From assembly GCF_009914755.1 (NCBI RefSeq), contig NC_060938.1: DNA of 64,000 nt; one strand, given 5' to 3'. The position numbers and the translations under genes are program-made. Shown here piece by piece: positions 1 to 14,836 of the stretch. Each line of letters begins with the position of its first letter. Position 1 is the stretch's first letter. The DNA is from the human T2T-CHM13v2.0 reference genome, Homo sapiens. The notes under the pieces were generated by a model, which saw only the letters and a program-made list of their open reading frames with translations, had not been told where the DNA came from and ran no database searches.

Positions 1-390
1 TGCAGATGCACTCTGTCTAGAATATGCCCTCCCTCCTTCCCTGGCTAAGGCGAAGTCAGGCAAATGGAGACCATCCTCCAGGTCTCACGCCGGCTATCAC
101 TTCTCTGATGTCAGCCTTGGTGCCCCCTCCCCAGTCTGCAGCAAGCGTTCTTCTTCTCCATAGTACTTTGTAGTCATCTTTCAGGATTAACCATCTTGGA
201 TTCTAACCACCTACATCCTCAACTAGACTCTAAGCTCCTAAAGGGCAGAGCAGTTTCTATCTTGTTCATTTTCATACAATCCCAGTATCTGCAATGCAGA
301 AGATTCTAACAAATATGTGTTTCCAAAACAAAGAAAGATATAAGCCTGAGAATAAAAGAGCACAGGGAAAGATCTCTCTTACAGTGATTA

Positions 391-816
<426 letters not shown>

Positions 817-1974
817 AAAATGTCTAGAGAAGGTCTAAGTTTCGTCACTGAATGTTTACTTACAAAAAAATGGGTGTCTTAGGGTACTCATGTCACTTGG
901 AGTGTTGCCAGCTTCACTCGGAAGACAGGAGAGTCGGACGGGTTTTTATATTGTGGGAAGAAGCAGGAAGAATGGCAGAGGAGGGAGAACGAAAAGATTC
1001 AGAAAAGTTAAGCTACTTCTATCTCTTTAGAATTAACATGAGCCTAATGATTGGAGGACAGGGTAAAAAAACAAAGAGCTAAATAAAGAGAACTGGAGAC
1101 AATGTAGTATAATATTCGGATGTACAAAGTACAAACTATAAAGTCTATTTTGTTTTAATAATTAACAAAGGTGCACCTAGTACACACACTATGGATCAGG
1201 CTTGGAGAAAACAGACAAATGAATCCAAGACTACTCATTTTGTGAGAGCTTAAAGCAAACAACTTTTAGCAGTATTTTAAAGCAAGCTAGTAAAATAAAT
1301 AGAAGTGAAGTCCAAGGGATTTAAACATGAAAATTTGGGGAAAAAAGAACTTCGCAAAGCAAAACAGACAAAATACAAGGCTAACCAAACAAAGGCTAAA
1401 TCAAATAAATAGGCATTGCCGTGTGCCCTGGAGAACTGCCAAGGAGAGTGAATTTCAACAAAGAATGCTTCTGCCACCAGTTAGGAAAACTTCAATTCCA
1501 GAAAGGCTGAAGGAATGCTGCAGGCACTGCCGAGTGACAAGGGGGGTTTGGGGGTGGAGAGGCAGTAGGTCAGACGTTATTTCAGACTATGCAGACAAAC
1601 ACGAGAACCTTCCTCAAGACAAGTAAAGGCAGCCCACTCCCTCCCAACGTGCTCCGCACACAGCTCCTTGTAAGAAACAAATCCAGGTCAAAGATGAGAA
1701 ATTTGCATCTTCAAGGACTGCCTGTAGCAGCCTTCTCTTCTCAATTTGCAGATAAAAAGACCCCTGTAAATACTTCTCAGCCACCATCCTAGTATCCACA
1801 GTCTTGAGATGAAACAAGTCCATGTAGCCCAAGCACAACAAAGCACCAGCAATCATTGTGTGAGCCTGGATGCTGGGAACAGAGTCCTGCGGCTTTGGGG
1901 CTAGAATTGCTGTAGATCAACCAAGTATTATTCTCTAGGTCAGAGCACAGTTCTCCATTCAGTTGTGGCCTGTA

Positions 1975-2245
1975 GTAGTCATGGCAATAGAAACCACCAC
2001 TGCCACGGCAGCAGTCCCCACTGACAGAGCACGTGTCCTGTGCCAGGCACAGGGCTGAGCAATTTGCATGAATTATCCCTGTTAAGCCTCCTAACAACCT
2101 GTCATTATCTTAATTTTATAGCTGTTCCCTCTACAGATGGGGAAACTAAGGCAAGCTGAGATACTTTTCAAAGGTCTCACAGCTAATAAGCAATGCAGCA
2201 GGGATTTAGATCCAGAGAATTGTTCTAGAACACGCTTTCTTAGCC
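1975..2245 (-). mobile_element. MIR (approximate bounds)
   Basis: tgtgccaggcac...acagatggggaaactaaggc, the reverse complement of the MIR core. Confidence 0.7.
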
Positions 2246-4669
2246 AACAGAATGGCCAGAAGTCCACAAAAGAAGGCAGTGGCTAATCAACAAGCATTTA
2301 TTCATTGTTGGTATGCTATAGACTATGAACTATGTGGGTTAAAACTGAGGTAAAATGGTTTCATTGAAAAAAGAAAAAACTAGAATTCCTTTTACTCCCA
2401 CTTAAAAAAAAAATCCTGAACTTTATTGGCCTTTAAAGAGAAAAAGGATCTCTATTCTAACGTCTAGCATGTCTATCCAGCAAATATCTAGGTTGTTCAA
2501 ACCGTTAAGGAGACTAACAAATCAAAACAGGAGTTGATGATACATAGCTCAGGGGCTTTTTTTTTCTTTTTTGATTGGCATTACCCAGGCTGATTTAGAT
2601 CTAAACACTGGGGGACCCTCAGGATCTGAAGTTCCTTAAGGTTTCCTGGGCTTCCTGGGCTTAGTTAGCATTGTTTTTCCTTCAAATTTCTATACTGCTC
2701 TATTGAAATATCTGTACATTAATATATGCTTTTTTTACATGACCTATTTTTCCAGTGGGACTGAGGATGAAAATTACAAATGCATATTTAAAGCCATAGG
2801 AATATTTAAATTCTCCCTGTTTTTGTCATACGTTTTAGTACTTTCTATGTGCGACGAAAGATAAAAACTTGTGTGCATGATTAATTGTAATGATGAAAGA
2901 ATGCTAGGCAGTTGCTTAAGAAACGGGAACAACAAAGGAATAAACTACTGCAGGCATCACCAGGACTGGAATGACACTGCTCTGTGTACTCGATTTCCAT
3001 GGCAACTAGCAATGGGAAGATGAATGTTTCATAGTCACTCTGCTCTGCAGTACACGTCTATAAATCAAACTTGCATAAAGAGCACAAGATTTCTGCTGTG
3101 GGCTGTACTCAGAGCTGGTTTATTTTCCTGTTACTGTATAATTATGGAAAAGAAGCACAAAACAATGAGGTCATTTTTAGTGGGGAACAAACTCAGAAAT
3201 TACTAATACACCTGCGGCATATGATGCCATTCATCTAGCAAGAAACGAGAAGCAGGCAAGGCAGGCGTGAATGAAAACGCTGCCTGCTTCTGTGGGGAAC
3301 TCACTGGCTCTGGCTGAGAACTGCACATGACAGGCCTGGTGTGCCCTGCCTCCCCTCAGCTCAGCTCTGAGATGGAAGTAGGAGCACCTTAATTAACTGC
3401 CGAAGGTACGGCCAAAGTTTTCATTTTGGTAACAGGGCGGACATGATACTCCATATTTAGCATGAAAGTTTATTGAGATGGGACAAGTATATATTTATCT
3501 ACTGAAAATGGCTCATTGTATAGGAGTTAGGATGGAAAAATAATGTCTTGGCATGGAGACCTGAGTTTTGATCCAGGTCTATGTAACCTTGGGTGAGTCA
3601 CATACGTTTGTTTGACTTCCATTTTCTTAGCTAGAAAATAAGGGAGATGGCATATGTGATTCCTAAAGTCCCAGCCACCATCCAGTTCTATGATTCCGTA
3701 ATCTCTAAATCTTAAGGGTCTGAATCTTTCAATCGAATCTAATCAAAGATGTTAGTTGTGCTATTCCTAAAAAATATATATACCTTATACAGTTGTATTT
3801 TAAAATTCTATACTGGGCTAAAGCTCCTAATTAACAGTGTTTTATGACTTTACCAACCACGCTGAAGGCTTCTTCTGATTTGCTCATTCTTCCAAACATG
3901 ATGCTATCAAAAGCTTAATACAACTATCAGAGTTTTTCAAAGTTAAAATTTTTTTTACAGTCTTATAACTTTGTAAAATAATATTTTAAAAAATATTTAA
4001 ATTTATCTTTCTTGCTCTTTCATAGATCAGGGCTGCTTATCAATTCCTGCCAAGCAGAAAGCATCCTGCTCCTTGAGTCTGCAGCTCTCAGAAGCATCTT
4101 CAGGCTCTCTGGGAATTCATCTTTGTATGCCGGAGACCCAGCAATAATAATGTTGAGTAAAAGTTTGTGGAATAAATGGATGAATGAACTGTTGGGGACA
4201 CTGTTGCTACACCTGTCAGCAACCCTGTGCTCCCTTCTCCAATCTTAAACATTTAGGCAGATTCAGATCAACATGGAAACATCCCAGGGTAGACGGGCAA
4301 ATATCTGAACACCACATATAGCTAACAATATGAGTATCTCTTTTGTGAGTTCTTTACAAAATCCTTGTGGAACTTTACAACCTGGAAACATCTTCTCATT
4401 AACGCAGCATGAGGCATCATCACACCCAAGGAGGGACTCCGGTCCTAAGGCCCTGGCTAAGAGCATGGGATGTGGTGGAGGCTCAAAAAGAACTGAGTCT
4501 GTGCTTAAACTAGAAAAGGACAGGGTGAGGAGCACTTAATCAGCACATCCGTTATCTCAGGTGATGTTTACTCCAACTCTGAGGGGAAGATGTTATTATC
4601 TCCATTTTACAAACTGGAAAAACTGAGCAGTAAAAAATCTGCATAAGTAATTAAAAGACAGTTATGAAA

Positions 4670-4981
<312 letters not shown>

Positions 4982-7094
4982 TTATGAAATATGTAGGGAA
5001 ATTCAAAACCTGATCTCTCTGACTCCAAAGGCTGGGTTCTTTTGACTGTATCTCAGGACACATTCAAGCAACAGGCTACTGCTCCATTTGGACTTTTTCA
5101 GGGCTAAACAGTAAAGGGTTAAACAAACCTAGCCGCCCCCGCCCACACACACACAAAAAAGCAATGTTCCTGCTGTCACAGGAATATATTAATGGTTAAA
5201 AAAAAACACATAGTAATAATAACGCAAGTCAATATTTTTAAAGACCTAAATTCGACAATAAATATAGCCAGGAACATCACTCTTCTTCTCTGTACACATT
5301 ATTATCATTTGCTCCTCCACTCTCCAGGCAAGCACACTAAAGGCTATTTCCAGGATGGAGTCAGATGTTACACAACTTTGCAATTTCCAATATGTGAATA
5401 TTAACATAGGCCAATGACATTATTACAGAAGCTTACTAGAAATATATTCTGCTGGTCACCAGAGGGATTAGCTTTGCTTCCTAACCTTAGAAAATGCGAT
5501 AATTTGGGCATATGTTTTCAGTACAAATTTTTCAAAAACTACGAAAAATAACGCTTATTAAGAAAGGCTCCTGGTTAACCTTCTGTTCTTTCAATCAGTT
5601 TCTTAGCAGAGTTTTTGGCACCACCAACTGGTGAAAGAGGTGTACTGCAAAGGTGCTCGGCTCTCAATCTGTTTGGTTCATTAAGAGAGGATCATGCATT
5701 TATTTCATATTTAATTTACGGTGAATCAATTTATTTTAGTCACTAAATAAAATTAGAAATGCATTTCTTTGTCAGTCAAATAAATAATAATCCACTCTGG
5801 CTTTTTCACCTGAGAAGAAAGTATGTTTTGGTTAGTAAAGGTCATCAGAGAAAACTCAATCTACCCACCAAAGTTAATTTGATTTATTCTGCCATAAACT
5901 CACACTCAAAAAGCAAACACTGAGAACTACAATGAAAATTAGGAACTAAAAGAGAGAGCAAACTAAATGGTATCAAATACTATGCTAGCCTACAGTGTTT
6001 ATATAAGACATTAATTTAACCGGAAATAAAAATGATTGAGGAGGTAATTTCACATTTGTTAAAAAATTGAACTTTTCCCACCAAGATTCCTGTCTCAAAG
6101 ATGGATGCTGCCATTTGACATGTGAATATATATGCTATCTAGCCATCCTTCCTGTTTAATTGAGCCACACCTAGCAATGGATACCAGTATCAAGAGAGCA
6201 GAGCCAAGCCCTTAAGGCACAACTCCGATCTCTGCACAGTGAATCATGAAAATAAATACCCCTGAAGAACAGTCTAATTTTTCCCCCCAAAACAATTTGT
6301 GTTTTCTAGGGAGAATGGCTCAGAAAAAAAAAAAGAAAAAAAGAAAAAAACAACAAATTTGTGGATACAAGTTGTCTATGAGAAGTACATCTAGCTACTT
6401 GTGATGATAAATTTGTAACCCACAGAATAAATGGCACCAACTCTATGACAAAACTGGTCATTGAAGAAACTTCTTTACTAGACAATGTGAAAGAGACAGA
6501 AAAAAGGAAAGAACCATCCAAAGAATCAAATTTGACTCTGATGGCAGGGTTTGGTTAAAAGCCATCTGACAGAGTTTAAAACTACTGTGACAATTTTGTG
6601 ATAATAGCAGTTTAAATCGCTATACAAATGTGTACTCAATTCATATTTGTTAAAGCCTCCAAGTCTAAATCTCCAATTGAAAGCCTAGTAAAGAAGACCA
6701 TTTGAAATAGGCCCAGAAAAAAGTAAGGGCCAGCAGCTGCTCTATCCAATTCAACACATAATTTGAACATGTAAACTTTGATCAGATTAATTCTATTCCT
6801 TCGTTCATTTCATTCATTTATTTGTTCATGTATTCGTCAAATACTCTCTCCTGCAAACAGAGTTAAATTTTTAAAAGGAGAGAACAAGAGTGAGACCCTC
6901 CTGCCCCTTCCTCTCCTTGGACAAGAGTCTTGATATCCCACGGCAAGGATTTCTAATTGAAGTCATGACTGGATTATGAGGAATCCTAACAATAAGACTT
7001 GGGTTAAGAAAAGCATTTTTAAACTTTTATTTGTTTCTTATATCCTTTAACATGACTCATGTCATGAGTCTCACTAAGTCTGTGTAGACATTTT

Positions 7095-7217
7095 TTGAGG
7101 TATGACTGACAAAAAATTGTCTATATTTAAGGTATACAAGATGACGTTTTTATAAAAGTATACTTTGTGTAATGACTCACAGTCAAGCTAATTAGCATAT
7201 CCATCACCTGACATGCT

Positions 7218-7264
<47 letters not shown>

Positions 7265-7726
7265 TGTTGAAAACACTTAAGATCTGCTCCCTTGGCAAAT
7301 CTGAAGTACACAACACATTAACTATAGTTACCATGCTGTACACTAGATCACTAGAATTCATTCACCCTGTAACTAAAATTTTGTATCCTCTGACCGACAT
7401 CTCCCCATCTTCCCCACTTCCCAGCCCCTGGCAACTACCATTCCACTCTTTTTCTCCAAGTTTGACTAGTTTAGATGTCACATATAAGTAATATCATGCA
7501 ATATTTGTCTTTCTGTGTCTGGCTTCTTTCACTTAGCATAATGTCCCCAGATTCCTCCATGCTGTTGCAAATGGCAGGATTTCCTTCTTTTTTAAGGCTG
7601 AATAATATTCTGCTGTACACACATACCACAATTTCTTTATCCATTCATCCAGTGGTGGGCACTTAATATGGGTTTCCATATCTCGGCTATTGTGAATAAT
7701 GCTGCAATTAACATGGGAGTGCAGAC
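7095..7726 (-). mobile_element. L1M (L1MA/MB-type) 3' end fragment containing (TG)n at 7220-7267
   Basis: ggctattgtgaataatgctgca and ttccttcttttttaaggctgaataatattc are L1 3' signatures. Confidence 0.85.
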
Positions 7727-8416
7727 ATTTTATTCTACCTGTAAATTCAGTCTACTCCATCATTATCATTACTAGGCCGTGGCATTTCTAAACAAGAAAA
7801 TAACATTTTGAGGTTATGAAAACACTTGACCATTAACAAGTACCAGCAACATGATTATAATCAAATAAAAAATTCTGATTGCCCTAGGGGCTCGGTTCTG
7901 TGACTTCTTTGACCAAAAAAATAATAATAATTGCGAATTAGTTGTTTGGTTTGAATTGAGCAATAAAGGACTCTCAGCTTTAACTGTAAAATGGATAGAA
8001 ATGCCGTTGATGTGGAGAGTCACTGTAAGGACTAAGTAAGGCAACACGTAGTTGGTAATCAATGAACGGGAAGCACTGTGACTGCAGTGGACAATACAGT
8101 GCAATGAAAGCTGGGGAAGAGCGAGAATCGAGGACTGGCTCTCCAGGCAGGGTGTGAATGCTGTGAGAAGCTGGCAACAATGAACCCTGAGAAAAAGGAC
8201 AGGGGACAACTGGAGGTACTTAGTTGGGGAGAGCAGCTTTCTAGGATGGATATGAGTATATCTTCAGGCAGGGATAGGCATTATAAACAGAAGTGGGAAT
8301 GGCTGATGGAGAAATGTCTTAGATCAAAAAAAGGGGAAGAGAGAAGACCAGAACAAAAGAGAGGAATTAGGAAAAAAAGAAGAGACCCCTTTTCCTCAGA
8401 AATAAAATTAAAGGAA

Positions 8417-8901
<485 letters not shown>

Positions 8902-9345
8902 TCATATGACAACTCTAATGAGCTGGCTTGGGGTATTGTACTGAGAAGAACTCTGAGTTCTGCAGAAGAGGGCAGCCACAGGTACAGGAGGGGTCAGTGG
9001 CAGGCATGTCAACTACGTGCCATCCCTATAACAGGGAACTGAAGCCAGCTGAGTTACATTTCTCCTGGATAGCAATAGGGGTATTGTCTGACCTGAGTGA
9101 CAGGCATACCAGATCTCTGCATGAAATGGAAGGCATTCTGGAATGACACAGGACCAGGGTGGGGGAACTGAGTACAGAAGACAGATTCTGGTAGCCCAAA
9201 CACTTTGGTCACATAGAGATCAGTTTCTGCCTGTACTGTGACATGGTCCCATTCTGGGATCAAGGCCGGCACCAGGGGATCTAAGCAAGAGGATCCAGGA
9301 AGGTGGATAGCAGAGTTTAGAGATTTCTCAGACATCACACTTGAT

Positions 9346-9351
9346 GAGAGA

Positions 9352-9382
<31 letters not shown>
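9346..9382. repeat. (GA)n microsatellite
   Basis: read directly from the sequence. Confidence 0.95.
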
Positions 9383-9383
<1 letters not shown>

Positions 9384-10604
9384 AACACTAATTCACTGTG
9401 GAATGTATGATGGGGAGGCAGACACATTAAAGAAAGAAGGCAAGTGGTAAGTAAGCTTCAGATCTCAGATCGGCCAAGAGCAGGTCCAAGCACCTGAGCC
9501 CACTTAACAGTGCAGGCCCTGCAGTATGGGTCAGAACAAAGGGCGGGGGCCTTGGACAGAGGCCTAAGTGAAGATAAGGAGGAAAAAGTGGTGTCAACAT
9601 TGATTCTTGGGCTTAATGGTAGCTAAGGAGACTAGAGGTGTGGCATGTGGAGGACATGGCACTGGGAGAAAGGAGGAGGGTCGGGAATAATGACAAGAGT
9701 CCAGGATTCATGTCTAGCCACCGGTAACCAGTCCTGGGATTTTAAAATTCTAAAAACTCCATGAGTGGGAGGCAGGTAAAAGTGAGTGATAAACAGGCAG
9801 AGTAGGGGGGAGAGTAAAGGGTATTAGTATTAGTACTTGTTCTGCCTTTCCTGGGGCTGGCTTAGGAAATGGGTGAGCCAGTCTACCAAAGGAGCCATCA
9901 TCAGTAGCTTCAAGGGCTGGGGTAGGCAGAGGCAAGAGCGAGTGCAGGAACTACGAGGCTTCACAGTAAGTCTATAGTGGATTTAATCACTGCTTTGCCC
10001 TGATTTTCTCCAGCAGCAGGTTGCAACCAAGGAGAGAAGAAGAGCAGATAATGTGGCCCAGCTGGAATTTATAAAACACAATGCTAAACTCACAGTAACT
10101 GATTAAAGACTCTTCCAAGTGAATCAAAGTATAATCCTCCCTTATGAAGAGAAAGTCATGAATTTCGTTTAGCACTCCCACTCCAGTTAAAATTATGATA
10201 AAACTCCTCTCAGCAATTTTCAATATATTTGATTTTTATAATTTATTTGGCAAATCCTTTGGTCTTGTGATATAATTCCATAGGCAAGATGCGTAACACA
10301 TGGGTTCCTATCAGAGCAATCTGAACTGGAATGCCTTCTACAGTTTGATGGATATAAATGTTGCATCAGCTTCCTTTTGTATATTTTTTCAAATGAAATC
10401 TCAAGTATAACAATCCAAACCAAACCACTTCATAGGAACAGGGAAAAGCCATATAATCATGCAACCAGTGCATCAAGAATGCTCTTAGGGCAGAGTGAAT
10501 AGGCCTTGCTTCCTGGTGTTTATGCTAGGCAATGGAGGGACACAAAAGCATGCTTCCTACCTTCAGGGTCTCTAACGCTGTTAAAAGAAGTGAGAAAGGA
10601 ATAT

Positions 10605-10825
10605 GACAGTGATTAAGAGCATAAGCTGGAAAGGCAGCCTCCTTCGGTTTGAATCTTGGTTCCATCAGTCACCAGCTGGTGACCTTGAGCAAGTCTTTAG
10701 ACCTCTCTGAGCTTTTTCCTCATGTGTAAAATGGGGACAGACGGAGCCCAACCCAAGATGTTCCTGTGAGGATCCGTTCAGCACAGTGCCTGGCACATGG
10801 AAAACACTTAGTAAATATTAGTTGC
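10605..10825 (+). mobile_element. MIR
   Basis: gtgaccttgagcaagt...cctcatgtgtaaaatgggga core. Confidence 0.8.
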
Positions 10826-10886
10826 CAGTGGTGTTGCGGTTGCTACCATTAAATATGTCAATATGGCAAGTGTTATAGGAGTTCTA

Positions 10887-11255
<369 letters not shown>

Positions 11256-11617
11256 CTACATAGAAGAATGTTCAGCTAAGGAATGGATACCATTCAGATA
11301 TGTGGATGGGGAAGTGGGAGGAAGAGGAAAGAGAGCAGTGAACCTGCCATAAACAAAAATGCTAGGAGAGAAATGAGACAGTATATGGCAAGAAGACCAG
11401 AAAGGCGGAGTAGGATGAAATACTGGGGGACATGCAAAAAAGGCACAGCCATTTCTGTCTATATGGCCTTGTATGTTTCTGTCTGTAGGGGCCTTGTATG
11501 TCAGGCTAAGGAATCTAGACATTATTTGGTAGGGAATAAAAAGCTATTGAAGTTAGGAAGTAACATAAATAGAGATGATAATTTACTCAAATTATCCAAA
11601 ATTTAACTAGGGTAGGC

Positions 11618-11770
11618 CAGTGATTTTCAAACTTTAATGTGCATATGAATCACCTAGGAATATTAAACATGTCTGACTCAGTACCTTTGGAGTGGGGCCT
11701 GAGATTAGGCGTTGCTAATAAGCTCCCTGATGCTGATGCCACTGGTCTTTGGAGAACTCTTTGAATGTCA
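11618..11770. mobile_element. MER5-type hAT MITE
   Basis: cagtgattttcaaact terminal inverted repeat (TIR); gaatcacct...tggggcctgaga body. Confidence 0.7.
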
Positions 11771-14700
11771 AGGATGCATTTATCTGAGGTAGCCTGATGG
11801 AGGAGAACGATGGGGTAGGAGGTAGGCAGACAAGATGGCCAGACATAAGGCAACAAACTCATAGGTTGCTGTCATCGATAAAAATGTAGTACTGGAAATC
11901 TTTGGTCTTGATTTTAGTCTATATATAAGGTGGACAATCAAAACTTTGATGTAATTCTTAATTCCTGGCCTACTTTGTCATGGCATTTTAAAACAATTGT
12001 TAAGTATCTCATAAAATGTGTATTTTATTAAATACAGATTTCTCTTATTTTATAAATATGACATTCAATATTACCAAAATTCCACCTAGAAGTTAGCTAT
12101 CTACTACAAAAGAAAAACACGAGAAATTGATTCCTTTTTCTATAAAGGAAATGGCATGAATACATTCATGATGTGTGGCTATTAATAACTTCAAGGATGA
12201 CTGAAAGGGTTAGCAACATTTGGTCATAGAAGGAAACCATGGCAGCAGTTTCCTATGTGACAGCTGAATTAAAAGAAAAATAGCCCTCATGCTATTACAG
12301 CAAGAACAGCATATTCAGCCATATATGTAGATGAGGAATTGGATACATCGGCCACAACACTTGCTATAGTGACATCCCAAAAACTAAACCCAGGGTTGGG
12401 TAGCTGTCAAACCCAGTAATTTCCTCTTGAGAACAGTCTTTGTCACACTGACAGACCACATCTATATTCATGCTGTGGTGGATTCTGAATAATATCTGTG
12501 GTATGCAGGGAAAATAAAGGAGACGGCCATGCCATTCTCCATGATAGATGACGCCACCAGTGAATTTCAGAGCTGGAGAAGCCTGCCAGATTGTATAACA
12601 CAACACCCTTTTTTCTCAGATGACAGTGCAGTCCAGAGAGGTTCACTGATTTGTGGAAAAATGGGTCAGAGGCAGAGCTGGGCCTAGAACTCATCCTGGG
12701 GCTTGACTGGACTCCTGACCTTAACATGGTGCCAGTGTGGTATTTAAAGAGTAAAACAAATAATAGTAATAAAAAGCCTGTGTTTTTTTTTCCAATGAAA
12801 TAAGCCATTCATTTACATAAGATGAAGTCATCTATTCAAGACCTACAAAACTGTGCTACGGGTGTGGGGAGTGTGATGATGAATACCCTACTATGCCTTC
12901 TCACGTTTAGCTTCCATTCTGACACTGGAAATAACACATGGGTACAAATAACTATGAAAAAGCATGAAGAAGAAAGATATTTATGAAAGATTAGGAGTTT
13001 AAAGCAGAAGGTGAAGACAATTTCCTTTTTGGGGGTTGCAAGGTGGCAGGGTAGGGCCGGCTTTCAAGATAAGAAATATCTTAACAGCTGGGCCTTGAAG
13101 GATGAATCGAATTTGTATCCGGATGGGTTTAACATGAGAGAGGACTTCAAAATCTGAGCTTCCTAAATGTGAAGAGACTAAATATTCCTTCCAATCTAAT
13201 AATATATCCTTCATAAGTTAGCTTAAATGAAGAAACCAAAATAACATAATCTATTTGAAAATCTATGTAACAAAGTCATCTTCTCTACTTGCTTCCTGGT
13301 CCAGTTTCTGAGTTTCAATTCCTCCGTTTCTAAAGTTCATACTGGTAAAAAGAGACAATCAAAATCAATTAAGAACCCTCTGAAAAATTGGTATTTTCTT
13401 AAAATGACTAGAATATAATTATTTCTATAGCTGAATTTTTAAAGTACAGTTTTATTCAATATATCACATGTGAAAGTCCCTAGAAGTCCCTCAGAGAGGA
13501 AATTCTGAGGTCAGCTTGAAAAGCTTACACACATTCATACTCCCCATCTTATAAGCATGTGCAACAGGACAATCAGAAAAGGGAATCTCTGACAATATAA
13601 TTTTGAAACAAAACCATTGAAATAAAAACTAAAGCATTTCCATTCCAGAGAAGACACAAAATTTCATGAAATAAAAGTTGGGACCTCAAGAAGTCTACTT
13701 CTTCGGTCATGCCATTCACACAGAAGGTATAGCTGATGACTGTTATCTATGTATGGCTACAAAGAATGAAATATGATTTCTAGGTGTTTTTATGGATGTT
13801 TCTATACCCGGAAGCAGGCAGATACTCAAAGACCAATAGTCATAGTCACTAAATTAGGTACTCATTTTAATAACTGTGATCTTACTGAAGTTGCATGATC
13901 ATACACAGAATCATTCTGAAGCACGAAATAATGACTGGAAATTTTCTCTTGTTAGAGATGGACCAGGAAAATGATACTCCACAAGTTGGCTGCTGGCAGA
14001 AAGGAATTATGGGAAGCTAAAAATTACAGTGAGAAATAACATTTCAAAAGAGACGCAAATGACTTGAAAAAGTAAATGTTCTCTGAAATCACTTTCCTTT
14101 AGGCCCTCAGCTCTGTAAGACTCTTCCAATCAGCATAACAGAAGAGCCTATTAGTTTGTTTTACCCAAGCTGGTGACAGTCCTTACCCCTATAATGGCTG
14201 TGATATAACATCTATATAATTTTTCTGCCAAGGGAATATCCATCACTCCCTTTTACAATTGCATTCCTAAGCCCCAGCCCCCACTAATACTCTGATTTTG
14301 AAAATATCTTATTCAACAAGCAATGACATTCTCATTTTCACCCAATTTCTAATATTCAAAAAAGGAGAGTTAGATGTCCTGTGTCCTTTGACCTTCCCTT
14401 GTGTAATATGAAGAAAGGGATTCTTACACCAAAAATATCAGGATACAACTTTAAATGTCTCCAGTCATGATGGGAGCATTTGGTGCCTCGATATTGCCAC
14501 TTTACATCATCATGTGGCAATCTGCCTGTGCACTCAGGATCTTGGACGCTGGGCCAGGGCATGGACCTTATGCACATTCACATTTCATCTCATGACTGGG
14601 AAGCAAAAGCAGCTTCCCAGAGCTTTTTGCCAACTGACAGGTGGTGGGAATGTACAAATAGCAGTGCTTACAATGAGATGGAGAAGGTTCCTAGGCATGG

Positions 14701-14817
14701 AGAAGTAAACATATCCATGCAGAGAAAAATGCCAGCCAGAAATACCACAGGGTGTTGATGGCGGGCAAAGTCAAGAAAGAACATTAAGTCAGCTTCCTGA
14801 TGACAGCCGAAGTTAAA

Positions 14818-14836
14818 TCATGCACTGAAAATGCCT
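14818..14836 (-). CDS. EFCAB11: Candidate EFCAB11 alternative terminal exon, coding part (R-GIFSA-stop)
   Basis: strong acceptor tctctttttgctttatttcag|A GGC ATT TTC AGT GCA TGA, phase-compatible with exon 5; minus-strand AATAAA at 13451-13456. Confidence 0.6.

Noticed and set aside
1277-2097. Cluster of 66-102-aa ORFs in unique sequence
   Set aside because: No recognisable domains or splice-compatible structure; partly MIR-derived
7054-7070. Small hairpin gactcatg-t-catgagtc overlapping an AP-1 site
   Set aside because: An 8-bp stem is expected by chance in 64 kb
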